Shown: one piece after another, positions 1 through 10,715 of the stretch
Position numbering within the stretch: position 1 is the first letter of the stretch
Layout of the letters: each line of letters opens with the position of its first letter
Assembly: GCA_050015075.1 (NCBI GenBank)
Contig: JBEKCB010000001.1
Span: 1 to 64,000, forward strand
Length of the DNA stretch: 64,000 bases
Reading direction: 5' to 3'
Origin: Candidatus Brocadiia bacterium
GTDB lineage: Bacteria > Planctomycetota > Brocadiia > CAIUPP01
Notes under the pieces: model-generated
Database searches by the model: none
What the model was told of the DNA's origin: nothing
What the model saw: only the letters and a program-made list of their open reading frames with translations
Position numbers and translations under genes: made by a program

Positions 1-2
1 TC

Positions 3-3000
3 GCCGATTTTCTCCGCTCGGAGTTCGGCACCGAGACGCTGGCCGAGTACCGCTGGTTCTTCGGCCGCGCGACCGGCGACGACACCCGCAAGGATGAAAG
101 CGGCACGTATGCGCTCCACACGCTCGGCGAGGACGAGACCATCGCGCGGCTCGCCGGCGGCATCAAGCGCTTCAAGCTGCCCGACGAGTTCAATTACATC
201 CTGATTTACCAGCGCGTCGCCGACGAGAAGGCGGGCTACTGGACGGAGCAGGCGCTGACCAAACTGGCCGACCTCTTCGAGAACCGCCGGCAGTACGAGC
301 GGTCGGCGGACTATTGGCGCCGGAGCATCCCACTCGGCGATCCGCAGGGATGGAAGCAGAAGCGTCTCGACCAGATCGAGGGCAACTGGGGCCGGTTCGA
401 GCCGATCGGCACGCAGCCGGCCGGCGCCGTCGGCGCGACGGTGGAGTTCCGCTTCCGCAACGGCAGCAAGGTCAGCTTCGCGGCGCAGGAGATCAACGTC
501 CAAAAACTCCTCGACGACGTCAAGGCGTATCTGAAGGACCCGCCGAAGCAGCTCGACTGGAACCAGATGAACATCGCCGACATCGGCTCGCGGCTCGTTC
601 AGCAGAACCAGGCGAAGTACCTCCTCAAGCAGGTGGCGGCGTGGGAGCTGGAGCTGAAGCCGCGCGAGCATCATTTCGACCGGCGCATCACCGTCGCCAC
701 GCCGCTCCAGCGCGCCGGCGCGTACCTCCTCAGCGCGAAGATGGAGGGCGGCAACACCAGCTACATCGTCATGTGGGTCGCCGACACCGCCATCGTCCGT
801 AAGCCGATGGACAAGCAGATCTACTGCTTCGTCGCCGACGCGGTCACCGGCCGGCCGATACCCAAGGCCAACGTCGAGTTCTTCGGCTACCGGCAGGAGT
901 GGATCAACAACCCGATCACGCGCGCCGCTCGCCCGGTCGTTTACACCGCCGACTCCGCCGAGTTCACCGACGCCGACGGCCAGGTGACGTACGCGCCGAA
1001 GGTTGACAACAACACCGGCTCGTACCAGTGGGTCATCATCGCCACTACGCCGGAGGGCCGGCTGGCGTACCTGGGCTTCACGGGCTTCTGGCCCACGGAC
1101 CGCGAGGACGCCGAGTACAAGGAGGACAAGGTCTTCGCGATCACCGACCGGCCGGTCTATCGGCCGAGCCAGCCGGTAAAGTTCAAGTTCTGGCTGGGCC
1201 ACGCGCAGTACGACCAGGAAGGCAAGTCGGCGTTCGCCGGCCAGTCGTTCACGGTGGAGGTGCGCGATCCGCGGGACGAGACGATCTTCCGGAAGGGCTT
1301 CACCGCCGACGAGTACGGCGGGTTCGACGGCGAGCTGACGCTGTCCAAGGAAGCCACGCTCGGCGAGTACCGGATCAACGTGCTGAAGCTCAAGGACCAG
1401 GAGTTGGGCGGCGGCTCGTTCCGCGTCGAGGAGTACAAGAAGCCGGAGTTCGAGGTGAAGGTCAAGGCGCCCGAGGAGCCGGTGATGCTCGGCGAGAAGT
1501 TCTCCGCGAGCGTCGAGGCGAAGTACTACTTCGGCGCGCCCGTGACCGAGGCGAAGGTCAAGTACAAGATTCTCCGCACGAGCTATTCGGCCGACTGGTA
1601 CCCGGCCGGCCTGTGGGACTGGTTCTACGAGCCGGGCTACTGGTGGTTCGCCTCCGATTACCTCTGGTATCCGGGCTGGCGCGACTGGGGCTGCAGGCGG
1701 CCGGCCTTCATCTGGCGGCCCTTCCGCCGCCCGGAACAGCCGGAACTGGTGGCCGAGGTCGAGACGGCCATCGGCAAGGACGGCGTCGTGAAGGTCGAGA
1801 TTGACACCGCGCTCGCGAAGGAAATCCACGGCGACACGGACCACAAGTACGAGATCACCGCCGAGGTGACCGACCAGTCGCGGCGGACGATCGTCGGCCA
1901 GGGCAGCGTCCTGGTCGCGCGCCAGCCGTTCAAGGTCTACGCGTGGGTGGACCGCGGCCATTACCGCGTCGGCGACGTCATCCACGCCGACTTCACGGCC
2001 CACACGCTCGACAGCAAGCCGGTCGCCGGCGCCGGCGAACTGCGCCTCTTGCAGCTCACCTACGACAAGGCCGCCCGGCCGGTCGAGACCGAAGTCCAGA
2101 AATGGGAGAAATTCCCGACCGACGCGCAGGGCGCCGCACAGGTCCAGATCAAGGCCGCGAAGGCCGGACAGTACCGCCTCAGCTACAAGGTGACCGACTC
2201 GAAGCAGCACGTCATCGAGGGCGGCTACGTCTTCTGCGTCATCGGCGAAGGCGCCGCGCCCGGCGACTTCCGCTTCAACGACATCGAGCTGGTGACCGAC
2301 CGGCGCGAGTACGCGCCCGGCGACAAGGTCAACCTGCTCGTCAACACCGCGCGGTCCGATTCCTGGATCGTCCTCTTCCTGCGTCCGTCGAACGGCATGT
2401 ACTCGATGCCGAAGATCGTCCACGCCGAAGGCAAGAGCACGCAGGAGGTGATCGAGGTCGTCAAGAAGGACATGCCGAACTTCTTCGTCGAGGCGTTCAC
2501 CGTCGCCGACGGCCGCGTCTATACCGAGACGCGCGAAGTGATCGTCCCGCCCGAAAGCCGCATCCTCGGCGTCGCCGTCGAGCCCTCCGCCGAGAAGTAC
2601 AAGCCCGGCGAGAAGGCCGTCGTCAAGCTCAAGCTGACCGGGCCGGACGGCAAGCCGTTCGTCGGCTCCACGGTCGTGAGCATCTACGACAAGGCCGTCG
2701 AGTACGTCTCGGGCGGCTCGAACGTGCCGGACATCAAGGCGTTCTTCTGGAAGTGGCGGCGGGAGCATCGCCCGAGCGCCGAGAGCAGCCTGGACCGCAG
2801 CGGATATAACCTCATGCGCCCCAATGACATCGGGATGGAATTCCTCGGCATGTTCGGGCAGTCGGTTGTCGAGGAGGTGAACGAAGAGTCGGACAAGGCC
2901 AATGCTATGTCCATTGAAGGGAGAGCCGAATTGATGGATGCCGCAGGCAGCGGCGGAGCATTGAACCGGTTCGGCATGGCCCCAGGCGGCGCGCCCGCCG

Positions 3001-5462
3001 CGGCGCCGATGGCGATGCAGAACCTGGCTTCCGCCGAAGCGCGGCGCGAGGTGACCGCGAAGGCGGGCATGGCAGAGTTCGAGAAGAAAGACCAGGAGGA
3101 AGCCGGCGGCGAAGGGCCGATGGTCGAGCCGACCGTCCGCACCGAGTTCGCGGACACCGCGCTCTGGGCCGGCTGCCTGGCCACCGACAAGGACGGACTG
3201 GCCCAGGTCGAGCTGAAGATGCCCGAGAACCTGACCACCTGGAAGGCGCGCGTCTGGGCGATGGGCGCCGGCACGCGCGTCGGCGAAGGCGCCGCCGAAG
3301 TCGTCACCGCCAAGAACCTCATCCTGCGCCTGCAGGCGCCGCGCTTCTTCGTCGAGAAGGACGAAGTCGTCCTCTCCGCGAACGTGCACAATTATCTCAA
3401 GGAGAAGAAGCAGGTCCGCGTGTCGCTGGAGCTTCCCGGCGACTGCCTCAGCCCGATGAGCGACTCGCTCACGCAGACCGTTGAGATCGAGCCGGGCTCG
3501 GAGAAGCGCGTGGACTGGCGCGTCAAGGCCGTCAAGGCCGGCGAGGCCGCCGTCCGCATGAAGGCGCTCACCGACGAGGAATCCGACGCGATGGAGATGA
3601 AGTTCCTCGTCTACGTCCACGGCATGCTCAAGACCGAGAGCTTCTCCGGCGTCATCCGGCCCGAGAAGGAAAACGCCCTCGTCGCGTTCCGCGTCCCCGC
3701 CGAACGCAGGCCCGAGCAGACGCGGCTGGAAGTCCGCTGGTCGCCCACGCTCGCCGGCGCCATGGTGGACGCGCTGCCGTACCTGGCGGACTATCCTTAC
3801 GGCTGCACCGAGCAGACGCTCGACCGCTTCCTGCCGACGGTCATGACGCAGCGGGCGCTCCTGCAGATGGGGCTGGACCTCAAGGAAATCCAGCAGAAAC
3901 GGACCAACCTGAACGCGCAGCAGATCGGCGACGACGTCTCGCGCGCCGCCGACTGGTCGTACTCCGGCGGCTACATGAGCCGCGCCACCGCGCGCGTCAA
4001 GGAGCCGGTCTTCGACCCGGCCGTCCTCCACGAGATGGTCAAGGACGGCATCAGCCGGTTGGCCGGCATGCAGTGCTCCGACGGCGGCTGGGGCTGGTTC
4101 AGCGGCTGGGGCGAGCAATCCTGGCCGCACACCACCGCCTACGTCGTCCACGGCTTGCAGATCGCCCGCGCCTGCGACGTGGCGCTGCTGCCCGGCATGA
4201 TCGAGCGCGGAGTGGACTGGCTCCAGCGCTACCAGGCCGAGCAGATCCAGCTCATCCGCAACGCCGAGAAGAAGGGGCCGGGCGTCCAGTGGAAGGAGCG
4301 CGCCGACAACCTCGACGCCTTCGTCTACATGGTCCTCGCCGACGAGGGCGCGAAGCAGGACAACCTCGAGATGCGCGGCTATCTCTATCGCGACCGCAAC
4401 GGACTGGCCGTCTACGCCAAGGCGATGTTCGGGCTGGCGCTCCACAAGCTCGGCGACATCGAGAAGCGCGACATGCTCCTCCGCAACATTGACCAGTTCC
4501 TCGTGCAGGACGACGAGAACCAGACCGCCTACCTGAACCTGCCCGCCGACAACTGGTGGTGGTGCTGGTACGGCAGCGAATACGAAGCGCAGGCGTACTA
4601 CCTCAAGCTGCTCGCCGCCGTCGAGCCGAAGAGCGAGAAGGCCTCGCGCCTGGTCAAGTACCTCATCAACAATCGCCGGCACGCCACGTACTGGAACAGC
4701 ACCCGCGACACGGCGGTCTGCGTCGAGGCGTTCGCCGATTACCTGAAGGCCAGCGGCGAGGACAAGCCGGACATGACCGTGACCATCCTCCTCGACGGCA
4801 AAGCGCAGAAGGAAGTCCGCATCACGCCCGCGGACATTTTCTCCTTCGACAACAAGCTCGTCCTGGAAGGCCGTGCGCTCGCCGACGGCAAGCACACCAT
4901 CGAGTTCGTCAAGAAAGGCGCCGGCCCGCTTTACTTCAACGCCTACCTGACCAACTTCACGCTCGAAGACCCGATCGCCGCCGCCGGCCTCGAGATCAAG
5001 GTGCAGCGCAAGTACTACCAGCTCGTCGAGGCCGCGCAGACCGTCAAGGTCGAAGGCTCGCGCGGCCAGGCCGTGGACCAGCGGGCTGAGAAGTACGAGC
5101 GCAGGGAACTCGCCAACCTGGCGATGCTCAAGAGCGGCGACCTCGTCCAGGTCGAGCTGGAGATCGAGAGCAAGAACGACTACGAGTACATCGTGATCGA
5201 GGACGCGAAAGCCGCCGGCTTCGAGCCGGTGGACCTGCGCAGCGGGTACAACGGCAACGACATGGGCGCCTACGTCGAGTTCCGCGACGAGCGCACCGTC
5301 TTCTTCGTCCGCGACCTGGCCCGCGGCAAGCACAGCGTCAGCTACCGCATGCGCGCCGAGGTCCCCGGCAAGTTCAGCGCCCTGCCGACCAAGGCCAGCG
5401 CCATGTACGCCCCGGAACTCAAGGCCAATGCGGACGAGATCAAGCTGCAAGTTGAGGACTGA
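3..5462 (+). CDS. Alpha-2-macroglobulin family protein (MG2/A2M domains), 5'-truncated by the window edge
   Basis: The frame of the 441..5462 ORF reads open from position 3. It has A2M hallmarks: TDRPVYRP, FRVEEYKKPEFEV, VRTEFADTALW, thioester motif YPYGCTEQ, DGGWGW, YWNSTRDTA and C-terminal RAEVPGKFSALPTKASAMYAP. Confidence 0.93.
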   Translation, partial: ADFLRSEFGTETLAEYRWFFGRATGDDTRKDESGTYALHTLGEDETIARLAGGIKRFKLPDEFNYILIYQRVADEKAGYWTEQALTKLADLFENRRQYERSADYWRRSIPLGDPQGWKQKRLDQIEGNWGRFEPIGTQPAGAVGATVEFRFRNGSKVSFAAQEINVQKLLDDVKAYLKDPPKQLDWNQMNIADIGSRLVQQNQAKYLLKQVAAWELELKPREHHFDRRITVATPLQRAGAYLLSAKMEGGNTSYIVMWVADTAIVRKPMDKQIYCFVADAVTGRPIPKANVEFFGYRQEWINNPITRAARPVVYTADSAEFTDADGQVTYAPKVDNNTGSYQWVIIATTPEGRLAYLGFTGFWPTDREDAEYKEDKVFAITDRPVYRPSQPVKFKFWLGHAQYDQEGKSAFAGQSFTVEVRDPRDETIFRKGFTADEYGGFDGELTLSKEATLGEYRINVLKLKDQELGGGSFRVEEYKKPEFEVKVKAPEEPVMLGEKFSASVEAKYYFGAPVTEAKVKYKILRTSYSADWYPAGLWDWFYEPGYWWFASDYLWYPGWRDWGCRRPAFIWRPFRRPEQPELVAEVETAIGKDGVVKVEIDTALAKEIHGDTDHKYEITAEVTDQSRRTIVGQGSVLVARQPFKVYAWVDRGHYRVGDVIHADFTAHTLDSKPVAGAGELRLLQLTYDKAARPVETEVQKWEKFPTDAQGAAQVQIKAAKAGQYRLSYKVTDSKQHVIEGGYVFCVIGEGAAPGDFRFNDIELVTDRREYAPGDKVNLLVNTARSDSWIVLFLRPSNGMYSMPKIVHAEGKSTQEVIEVVKKDMPNFFVEAFTVADGRVYTETREVIVPPESRILGVAVEPSAEKYKPGEKAVVKLKLTGPDGKPFVGSTVVSIYDKAVEYVSGGSNVPDIKAFFWKWRREHRPSAESSLDRSGYNLMRPNDIGMEFLGMFGQSVVEEVNEESDKANAMSIEGRAELMDAAGSGGALNRFGMAPGGAPAAAPMAMQNLASAEARREVTAKAGMAEFEKKDQEEAGGEGPMVEPTVRTEFADTALWAGCLATDKDGLAQVELKMPENLTTWKARVWAMGAGTRVGEGAAEVVTAKNLILRLQAPRFFVEKDEVVLSANVHNYLKEKKQVRVSLELPGDCLSPMSDSLTQTVEIEPGSEKRVDWRVKAVKAGEAAVRMKALTDEESDAMEMKFLVYVHGMLKTESFSGVIRPEKENALVAFRVPAERRPEQTRLEVRWSPTLAGAMVDALPYLADYPYGCTEQTLDRFLPTVMTQRALLQMGLDLKEIQQKRTNLNAQQIGDDVSRAADWSYSGGYMSRATARVKEPVFDPAVLHEMVKDGISRLAGMQCSDGGWGWFSGWGEQSWPHTTAYVVHGLQIARACDVALLPGMIERGVDWLQRYQAEQIQLIRNAEKKGPGVQWKERADNLDAFVYMVLADEGAKQDNLEMRGYLYRDRNGLAVYAKAMFGLALHKLGDIEKRDMLLRNIDQFLVQDDENQTAYLNLPADNWWWCWYGSEYEAQAYYLKLLAAVEPKSEKASRLVKYLINNRRHATYWNSTRDTAVCVEAFADYLKASGEDKPDMTVTILLDGKAQKEVRITPADIFSFDNKLVLEGRALADGKHTIEFVKKGAGPLYFNAYLTNFTLEDPIAAAGLEIKVQRKYYQLVEAAQTVKVEGSRGQAVDQRAEKYERRELANLAMLKSGDLVQVELEIESKNDYEYIVIEDAKAAGFEPVDLRSGYNGNDMGAYVEFRDERTVFFVRDLARGKHSVSYRMRAEVPGKFSALPTKASAMYAPELKANADEIKLQVED

Positions 5463-5506
5463 GGAGACGGCGGTAAGTCAACCGCTGTGTGATATAATTC
5501 AGATAC

Positions 5507-5974
5507 ATGAAAAGGAACCGAAACCCCATTTTGTGCCGTGGTTTCGTCCGACAAGCCAAAGAAGCGTTGTCGCAGCATCCAAAGATTCGGCACGGGTGGA
5601 CTATTGACGACGACGAAGCCCACTGAGTCCTGAAAATTCCCGAAGAAAACGAGAGCGGCTTTCCGATCACCGTTGAGGTCACGCCGAACCAGATTATGCG
5701 CCGGGCCGGCGGGGCGCACACGAACGTGGAGCTTGACGACAACCCGGATCAACTCGCCGCGAGCGCGTTTGGCCTTGTTCGAGACCTGTTGAGCCTCGGC
5801 ATGCGAATTCGGGAACGGCTGTCGGGCGGCAAACCTCACAAATGGGCTTTCGAGCGTTATGAGAATGGCCGATGGGTTACTGAAGAATGGATCTGCCTGT
5901 TCTTCTGGAACTATTTCGGAAAAAGAACGGAGAAGACGTATCAGAATGCAATCCTCCCGCGAGAGACCATATGA
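5507..5974 (+). pseudogene. Hypothetical gene interrupted by a single in-frame TGA at 5624-5626 (pseudogene or recoded)
   Basis: ATG at 5507, just after a TATAAT, is in frame with the 5696..5974 ORF. Only one TGA (codon 40) breaks a ~155-codon frame. GC is lower than the flanks. Confidence 0.55.
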
Positions 5975-6071
5975 TGTGCCAGTAAGGCCCCGTCCGCGCC
6001 TGAAGCCGGCTGTGACGAATATCTTGTCCCAATTCTTACCCGCACTTATTGCGTTCCTCCCGGGCCGCGTC

Positions 6072-6450
6072 GCTAGGTACGTATCGTACCTAGCGGAACC
6101 CCAAAACGGCGCTCCCGCTGACGTGCGAAGTCCCACCGCCGCTGCGCTAGGTACGTATCGTAACTAGTGGAGCCGCAAAACGGTGCTCGCACTGCCGTGG
6201 GACGTTTCGCCGTGGCTACGCTAGCTACGTATCGTGCCTGGCGGAGCCTCCAAAGCTGCTCGCACTGACACGGGACGCTTCGCCGCCGCTGCGCTAGGCG
6301 CGTATCGTACTTGGCGGAGCGTCGAAACCGTACTCGTGCCGACATGAGATGCGCCACCATGTTTGCTCTGAGCGAAGAGCCCGGCAGGCCTCGGGCCTGC
6401 GATGTTCACGTTGCTTCGCGGATGCCCACTAGATACGTATCGTACCTAGC
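6072..6450. repeat. Cluster of 5 palindromic GCTAGGTACG-TAT-CGTACCTAGC repeats (REP/BIME-like)
   Basis: Cores at 6072, 6146, 6220, 6293 and 6428 (spacing 74, 74, 73, 135). The intervening sequences resemble each other. Confidence 0.85.
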
Positions 6451-6497
6451 GGAGCGGCGGCGTGGCCCAAAGGCGGGGATGAGTTGCTTTGCTTGGC

Positions 6498-7655
6498 TCA
6501 GGATGCTGCGGTCTGGTTTGCAGCCCCGGCTTTTTTCCACGTGAGGACGCCCCACTGCACGGCGGCTGAGATGAGCAGCGCGATTCCGCAGACGGCGTAC
6601 ATCACCGCTGCCTCGCCGATGTTGGGGATGAACCACTCGCAGACGAAGAGGCTCGCGAACGAGCCGAGGCCGACGAGGAATTCGTTGATGCCGATGTTCT
6701 GCGCCCGACGCCCCGCGTTGCTCGAGTAATAAACCGCGCAGAAGAACGAGAAGCCGGCCCAGAGTCCGAGGACCGAGATGCCCACCGCCGTCACCGTGTA
6801 GGCCGGAAACCGCCAGAGCATCAGCAGCGCCAGCGCCGCAAGGACCTGGACGGCCACCAGCGGCCCGCGCCGATACAGCCAATGCCGCAGCCGGCCCATG
6901 CCAAGCCCACCCACGGCCTGAAACAGCACGTGAAGGAACAACGGCAGTCCGGCCAGCACGGGCGCAATGCCCTGCTGCGCGCAGATCGCCGGGTAGAACG
7001 TCAAGATGGGCCGCTGCACGAACATGGCGGTGAAAATGATGATCCAGCCGGCCCAGACGTACTGCGGCGCGACCGGCGGCGAGCCCGGCGGTCCCTGCTC
7101 GGTGTGTTCGTCCGACGAAGGCTCGTCGTGCGGCCGCTGCCGGTGGATCAGCAGGGTCAGCAGGATCACTCCGCCGACGAACACGGTCAGCCCGCCCAGG
7201 GCGAGCGGCCCCAGCCGGTAGAGCGATCCGGAAGTCAGCAGGCCGAGGCTGCAGCCGCCGCTCCAGGCGAACGTGTAGAGCGCCATCGTGCGCGTGAGCC
7301 CGCCCGGCGCCGTCTCGCCGCGCATGAAGGATTGGAACGAATTGAAGAAAGAGGCGGCGAACGCGCCCAGAAGCGCCATGGCGGCAAAGATCGGTCCGAA
7401 CTGATGCGCCACCAGGCCGAGCGTGCCCGACAGGATGCCGCCGACCGCGCTGGCGATCAGGATCGGCAGCGCGTTCCGGCGCGAAAGGAAACGGCCGGAA
7501 AGCAGGCTGGTGGGCATGTACGTCACCCAGAAAATGGCGCCGAGCCAGGCGACCTGGCCGAGCGTCATGCCCCGCTCGCCCGCGCCGTAGCTCACGGCGA
7601 AGAGCACCAGCGACAGCAGCCAGTCCATCAACGCAGGGCAGACATAAACGCGCAA
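6498..7655 (-). CDS. MFS transporter
   Basis: 385 aa with ~12 hydrophobic segments and MFS loop motifs (SGRFLSRR, GRLRHWLYRR). Last gene of the tetR-MFS-tolC block. Confidence 0.75.
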   Translation of the reverse strand: MRVYVCPALMDWLLSLVLFAVSYGAGERGMTLGQVAWLGAIFWVTYMPTSLLSGRFLSRRNALPILIASAVGGILSGTLGLVAHQFGPIFAAMALLGAFAASFFNSFQSFMRGETAPGGLTRTMALYTFAWSGGCSLGLLTSGSLYRLGPLALGGLTVFVGGVILLTLLIHRQRPHDEPSSDEHTEQGPPGSPPVAPQYVWAGWIIIFTAMFVQRPILTFYPAICAQQGIAPVLAGLPLFLHVLFQAVGGLGMGRLRHWLYRRGPLVAVQVLAALALLMLWRFPAYTVTAVGISVLGLWAGFSFFCAVYYSSNAGRRAQNIGINEFLVGLGSFASLFVCEWFIPNIGEAAVMYAVCGIALLISAAVQWGVLTWKKAGAANQTAAS

Positions 7656-7740
7656 AGCGGCCTCCCGTCGAATTTCGACTCGTTTCGGAAGTCCATCCGC
7701 CCCTTCGGCTGTGCTCAGGGCTCGAGCCGGCCGGCGACGA

Positions 7741-9369
7741 TCACCTGGGCGGCTCGCTTCCCGGCGCCGCGAGGCCGCGCCGCTGGAGGAGCGTGCCTTC
7801 GAGCCGGTAGAGTTCCACCAGCGCCTTGCGGTATCCGGCGACGGCCTGGACGTACGCGATCTGGCTGGAGAGCAGGTCGCGCTGCGCCTCGGCGACGAGC
7901 AGGCTCGTGGACTTGCCGATGCGGAACTTCTCCGCCTCGACGCGCACCTTTTCCTCCTGCAGCGTTCGGCTGGCCAAGCTGGCGACCACCTGCGCGCGGG
8001 TGCGGAGGATCTCGATGTACGCGGTGCGCACGTCCAGCTCGACGAGCTGCGCGAGATTGCCGACGGCCTGATCGGCCTGGCCGCGCGCGAGCCGGGCGGC
8101 GGCGTCGGCCGCCTTCGCGGCGCGGTTCGCCGGCGGATACTCGAAGTTCACGCCGACGAGCGCGTCGTAGTCGTTTGCGCTCAGGTTGCTGACGGAACCC
8201 GGGAAGGAGCTGGAGTAGCCCGTCCGGCCGAGCGTGATGAACAGGTTGAGCTGCGGCAGCATGCCGTTCTTCGTCTTGACGATCTGCAACTCGTCGCGCT
8301 CGACCAGCAGCCGCGCCTGGTTCAGGTCCGGCCGCATCCGCAGCGCCGCCTGGATGTGATCGGCCAAGTTGTCCGTCGGCTCCTCCTTCGCGGAGGGCTG
8401 GTCGAGCAGCACCAGGTCGCGCTCGAACGTGTTCCCGCTCGGGCTGAGCAGCCGCAGCAACAGCAGGCGCGCCGCGTCGAACGCGCTCCGCGCGTTGATC
8501 AGGTCCTCCTGTCGCAGCGCCACCTCGGCCTCGGCGGCTACCTTCTCCGTCGCCGCCACGTTGCCGAGCTGGATCCGGTCGAGCGTCTCCCGGAGCTGGT
8601 CGTTTGCCAGGCCAAGCGACTTCTCCGTGATCTGGATCTGCTGCTGGGCGAGCGCGCAGTCCCAGTACGCCTCCTCTGTCTGCGCGACGAGCGATTCCGC
8701 GAAGCCGCGCAGCTCGTACTCGGAGGAACGCGTGTCCAGGCGCGCCTGGCGCAGGCTGGCCAGGTTCACGTCGAGCCCGTAGCCGCGCAGCAGCGACTGC
8801 GTCGCCGTGAGGCTGATGTTCGTGGCGTAGTTGCCCGGCAGCGAGGGGTAGTTCGCCGCCGGCACCGTGGGCCACTTCATGACGGTCTCGCCGGCGCTCA
8901 GGTTCAGCAGCGTGCCGGTCGGCAGGAACTCCGACAGGCCGAGCAGCCCCAGCTCCGTCTGCGCGGGCGGCGGCGAGTCCACCTGGTTGTACGCGCGCTG
9001 GAGGGAGAACGTGCCGGTCAGGTCCGGATCGAACGCCGCGAGTTGCTGCTGCTCGGCGGTGCGCGTGATCGGCACGTTGTAGCGGTCCACGATGAACGCG
9101 CGGTTGTTTTGCAGCGCGATCAAAATGGCATCCGGCACGGCCACGCGCAAAGGTCCGGCGGCCTCCGCCGTCTCGGGCGGCGGCGCGGGCAGCTTCGATT
9201 CCGCCGCGGCGGCTTGCTGCGCCTCGGCCGGACCGGCCGGGCCGACGTAATCCGGGAAGCGCACCATCTCCGGGACATTGCACGCGGCCAGTGCGCCGAG
9301 CGCCGCGGCGGCGGCGATGACGAGCATGCGACGGGCGACATCTCTTCCGGTCAACATTCCAGGTCCCAT
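7741..9369 (-). CDS. TolC-family outer membrane efflux lipoprotein
   Basis: Lipobox LAAC and two OEP-like repeats (AFDPDL...TQSLLRG; LPQLNL...AQRDL). Start codon uncertain. Confidence 0.85.
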   Translation of the reverse strand: MGPGMLTGRDVARRMLVIAAAAALGALAACNVPEMVRFPDYVGPAGPAEAQQAAAAESKLPAPPPETAEAAGPLRVAVPDAILIALQNNRAFIVDRYNVPITRTAEQQQLAAFDPDLTGTFSLQRAYNQVDSPPPAQTELGLLGLSEFLPTGTLLNLSAGETVMKWPTVPAANYPSLPGNYATNISLTATQSLLRGYGLDVNLASLRQARLDTRSSEYELRGFAESLVAQTEEAYWDCALAQQQIQITEKSLGLANDQLRETLDRIQLGNVAATEKVAAEAEVALRQEDLINARSAFDAARLLLLRLLSPSGNTFERDLVLLDQPSAKEEPTDNLADHIQAALRMRPDLNQARLLVERDELQIVKTKNGMLPQLNLFITLGRTGYSSSFPGSVSNLSANDYDALVGVNFEYPPANRAAKAADAAARLARGQADQAVGNLAQLVELDVRTAYIEILRTRAQVVASLASRTLQEEKVRVEAEKFRIGKSTSLLVAEAQRDLLSSQIAYVQAVAGYRKALVELYRLEGTLLQRRGLAAPGSEPPR

Positions 9370-9403
9370 TTCAATCGCATAAACGAAACGCCATCCGTAC
9401 GGC

Positions 9404-10714
9404 TCACTCGGCCTCAGCCGAAATTCCCATCCGGACGAACGTCGGATGGATCAGGCGCAGAAACCGCGGCAGCCAGATCCAGAAGACGACCGCAGCGGCG
9501 AGGCAGCCGAGGCCGTTGAGGGACACGGCCGTCGGCGCGCCGAACCGGGCCGCCAGCGCTCCGACGAGCAGGCTGCCGAACGGCCCCAGCCCGGAGAACG
9601 AAATCGTGTAAAAGCTCATCACGCGCCCGCGCTTGTCGTCGTCCACCAGCGTCTGGATCAGCGTGTTGCACGAGACCATCATCGCCATGCCGCCGATCCC
9701 GGCGACGACCAGCAGCCCGGCCGACAACCACAGGTGAGTCGAGCGCGAGAAGCACAGCAACGCCGCGCCGAAGAGCGCCACCGCCGCGGTGAGAATCTGT
9801 CCCAGCCCGCGCACGCTCCGGCGCGAGGCCATGAAGACCGCCGTGATGATCGCGCCGACGCCGTTGGCCGACATCAGGTAGCCGAGCGTCGTCGAATCGC
9901 CTTTGAGGATTTTCTTCGCGAACACGGGCATCAGCACTCCGTACGGCCAGCCCACCACGCTCAGCGTCGCCAGGAGCAGCAGCAGCGACAGGATCGGCTT
10001 GTGGCTCGCGACGTACTGCGCGCCTTCCTTGAGGCTGTGCAGCACGCGCCGGCTCGCGGCCTCGGCGTTCTTCGGCTGCACCCGCATCGCCAGCAGCGCC
10101 GCGATCACGGCGAGAAAGCTGACCGCGTTGAGCAGGAAACAGGTCCCCTCGCCCACGAGCTTGATCACGATGCCGGCCACCGACGGTCCGATCAGCCGCG
10201 CGCCGTTGAACATGAAGGAGTTCAGCGCGATGGCGTTCGGCAGGTCCGCGCGGTCCTCCAGCATCTCGACGACGAACGACTGGCGGGTCGGGATGTCGAA
10301 TCCCATCACCAGCCCCAGCAGCGCGCTCAAGGCGATGATGTGCCACACCTGGATCACCGGCGTTCCGTCGGCGTGCTTCACCAGCGTCAGGATCGCCAGG
10401 ATCAGCGCCTGGACCAGCGCCACGCTCTGCGTGACGACCAGCAGCGTGCGCTTATTCACCCGGTCGGCCAGCACGCCGGCGAACGGCGCCGCCGCGAAGG
10501 TCAGGATCTGGCTGCTGAAACCGACCACTCCGAGGAGCAGCTCCGACCCGGTGATCTTGTACACCAGCCAGCCCAGGGCCAGGTTCTGCATCCACGTCCC
10601 GATCAGCGAGATGCCCTGGCCCATGAAGAAGAGGCGGTAATTCCGATGGCCGAAGGAGCGGATCAGGCCGAATTGCCGATTGCCGGCGGCCGGCGGCGGA
10701 GTGGAGGACGTCAT
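9404..10714 (-). CDS. MFS transporter (DHA3/H+ antiporter-like)
   Basis: HRNYRLFFMGQGISLIGTWMQ N-terminus, GVLADRVNKR motif A, NAIALNS...ARLIGP and RGRVMS. Start 10714 or 10741. Confidence 0.9.
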   Translation of the reverse strand: MTSSTPPPAAGNRQFGLIRSFGHRNYRLFFMGQGISLIGTWMQNLALGWLVYKITGSELLLGVVGFSSQILTFAAAPFAGVLADRVNKRTLLVVTQSVALVQALILAILTLVKHADGTPVIQVWHIIALSALLGLVMGFDIPTRQSFVVEMLEDRADLPNAIALNSFMFNGARLIGPSVAGIVIKLVGEGTCFLLNAVSFLAVIAALLAMRVQPKNAEAASRRVLHSLKEGAQYVASHKPILSLLLLLATLSVVGWPYGVLMPVFAKKILKGDSTTLGYLMSANGVGAIITAVFMASRRSVRGLGQILTAAVALFGAALLCFSRSTHLWLSAGLLVVAGIGGMAMMVSCNTLIQTLVDDDKRGRVMSFYTISFSGLGPFGSLLVGALAARFGAPTAVSLNGLGCLAAAVVFWIWLPRFLRLIHPTFVRMGISAEAE

Positions 10715-10715
10715 C

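Noticed and set aside
6072-6450. Possible CRISPR mini-array (period ~74 bp)
   Set aside because: The repeats are degenerate, and the spacers resemble one another and the 140-bp units.
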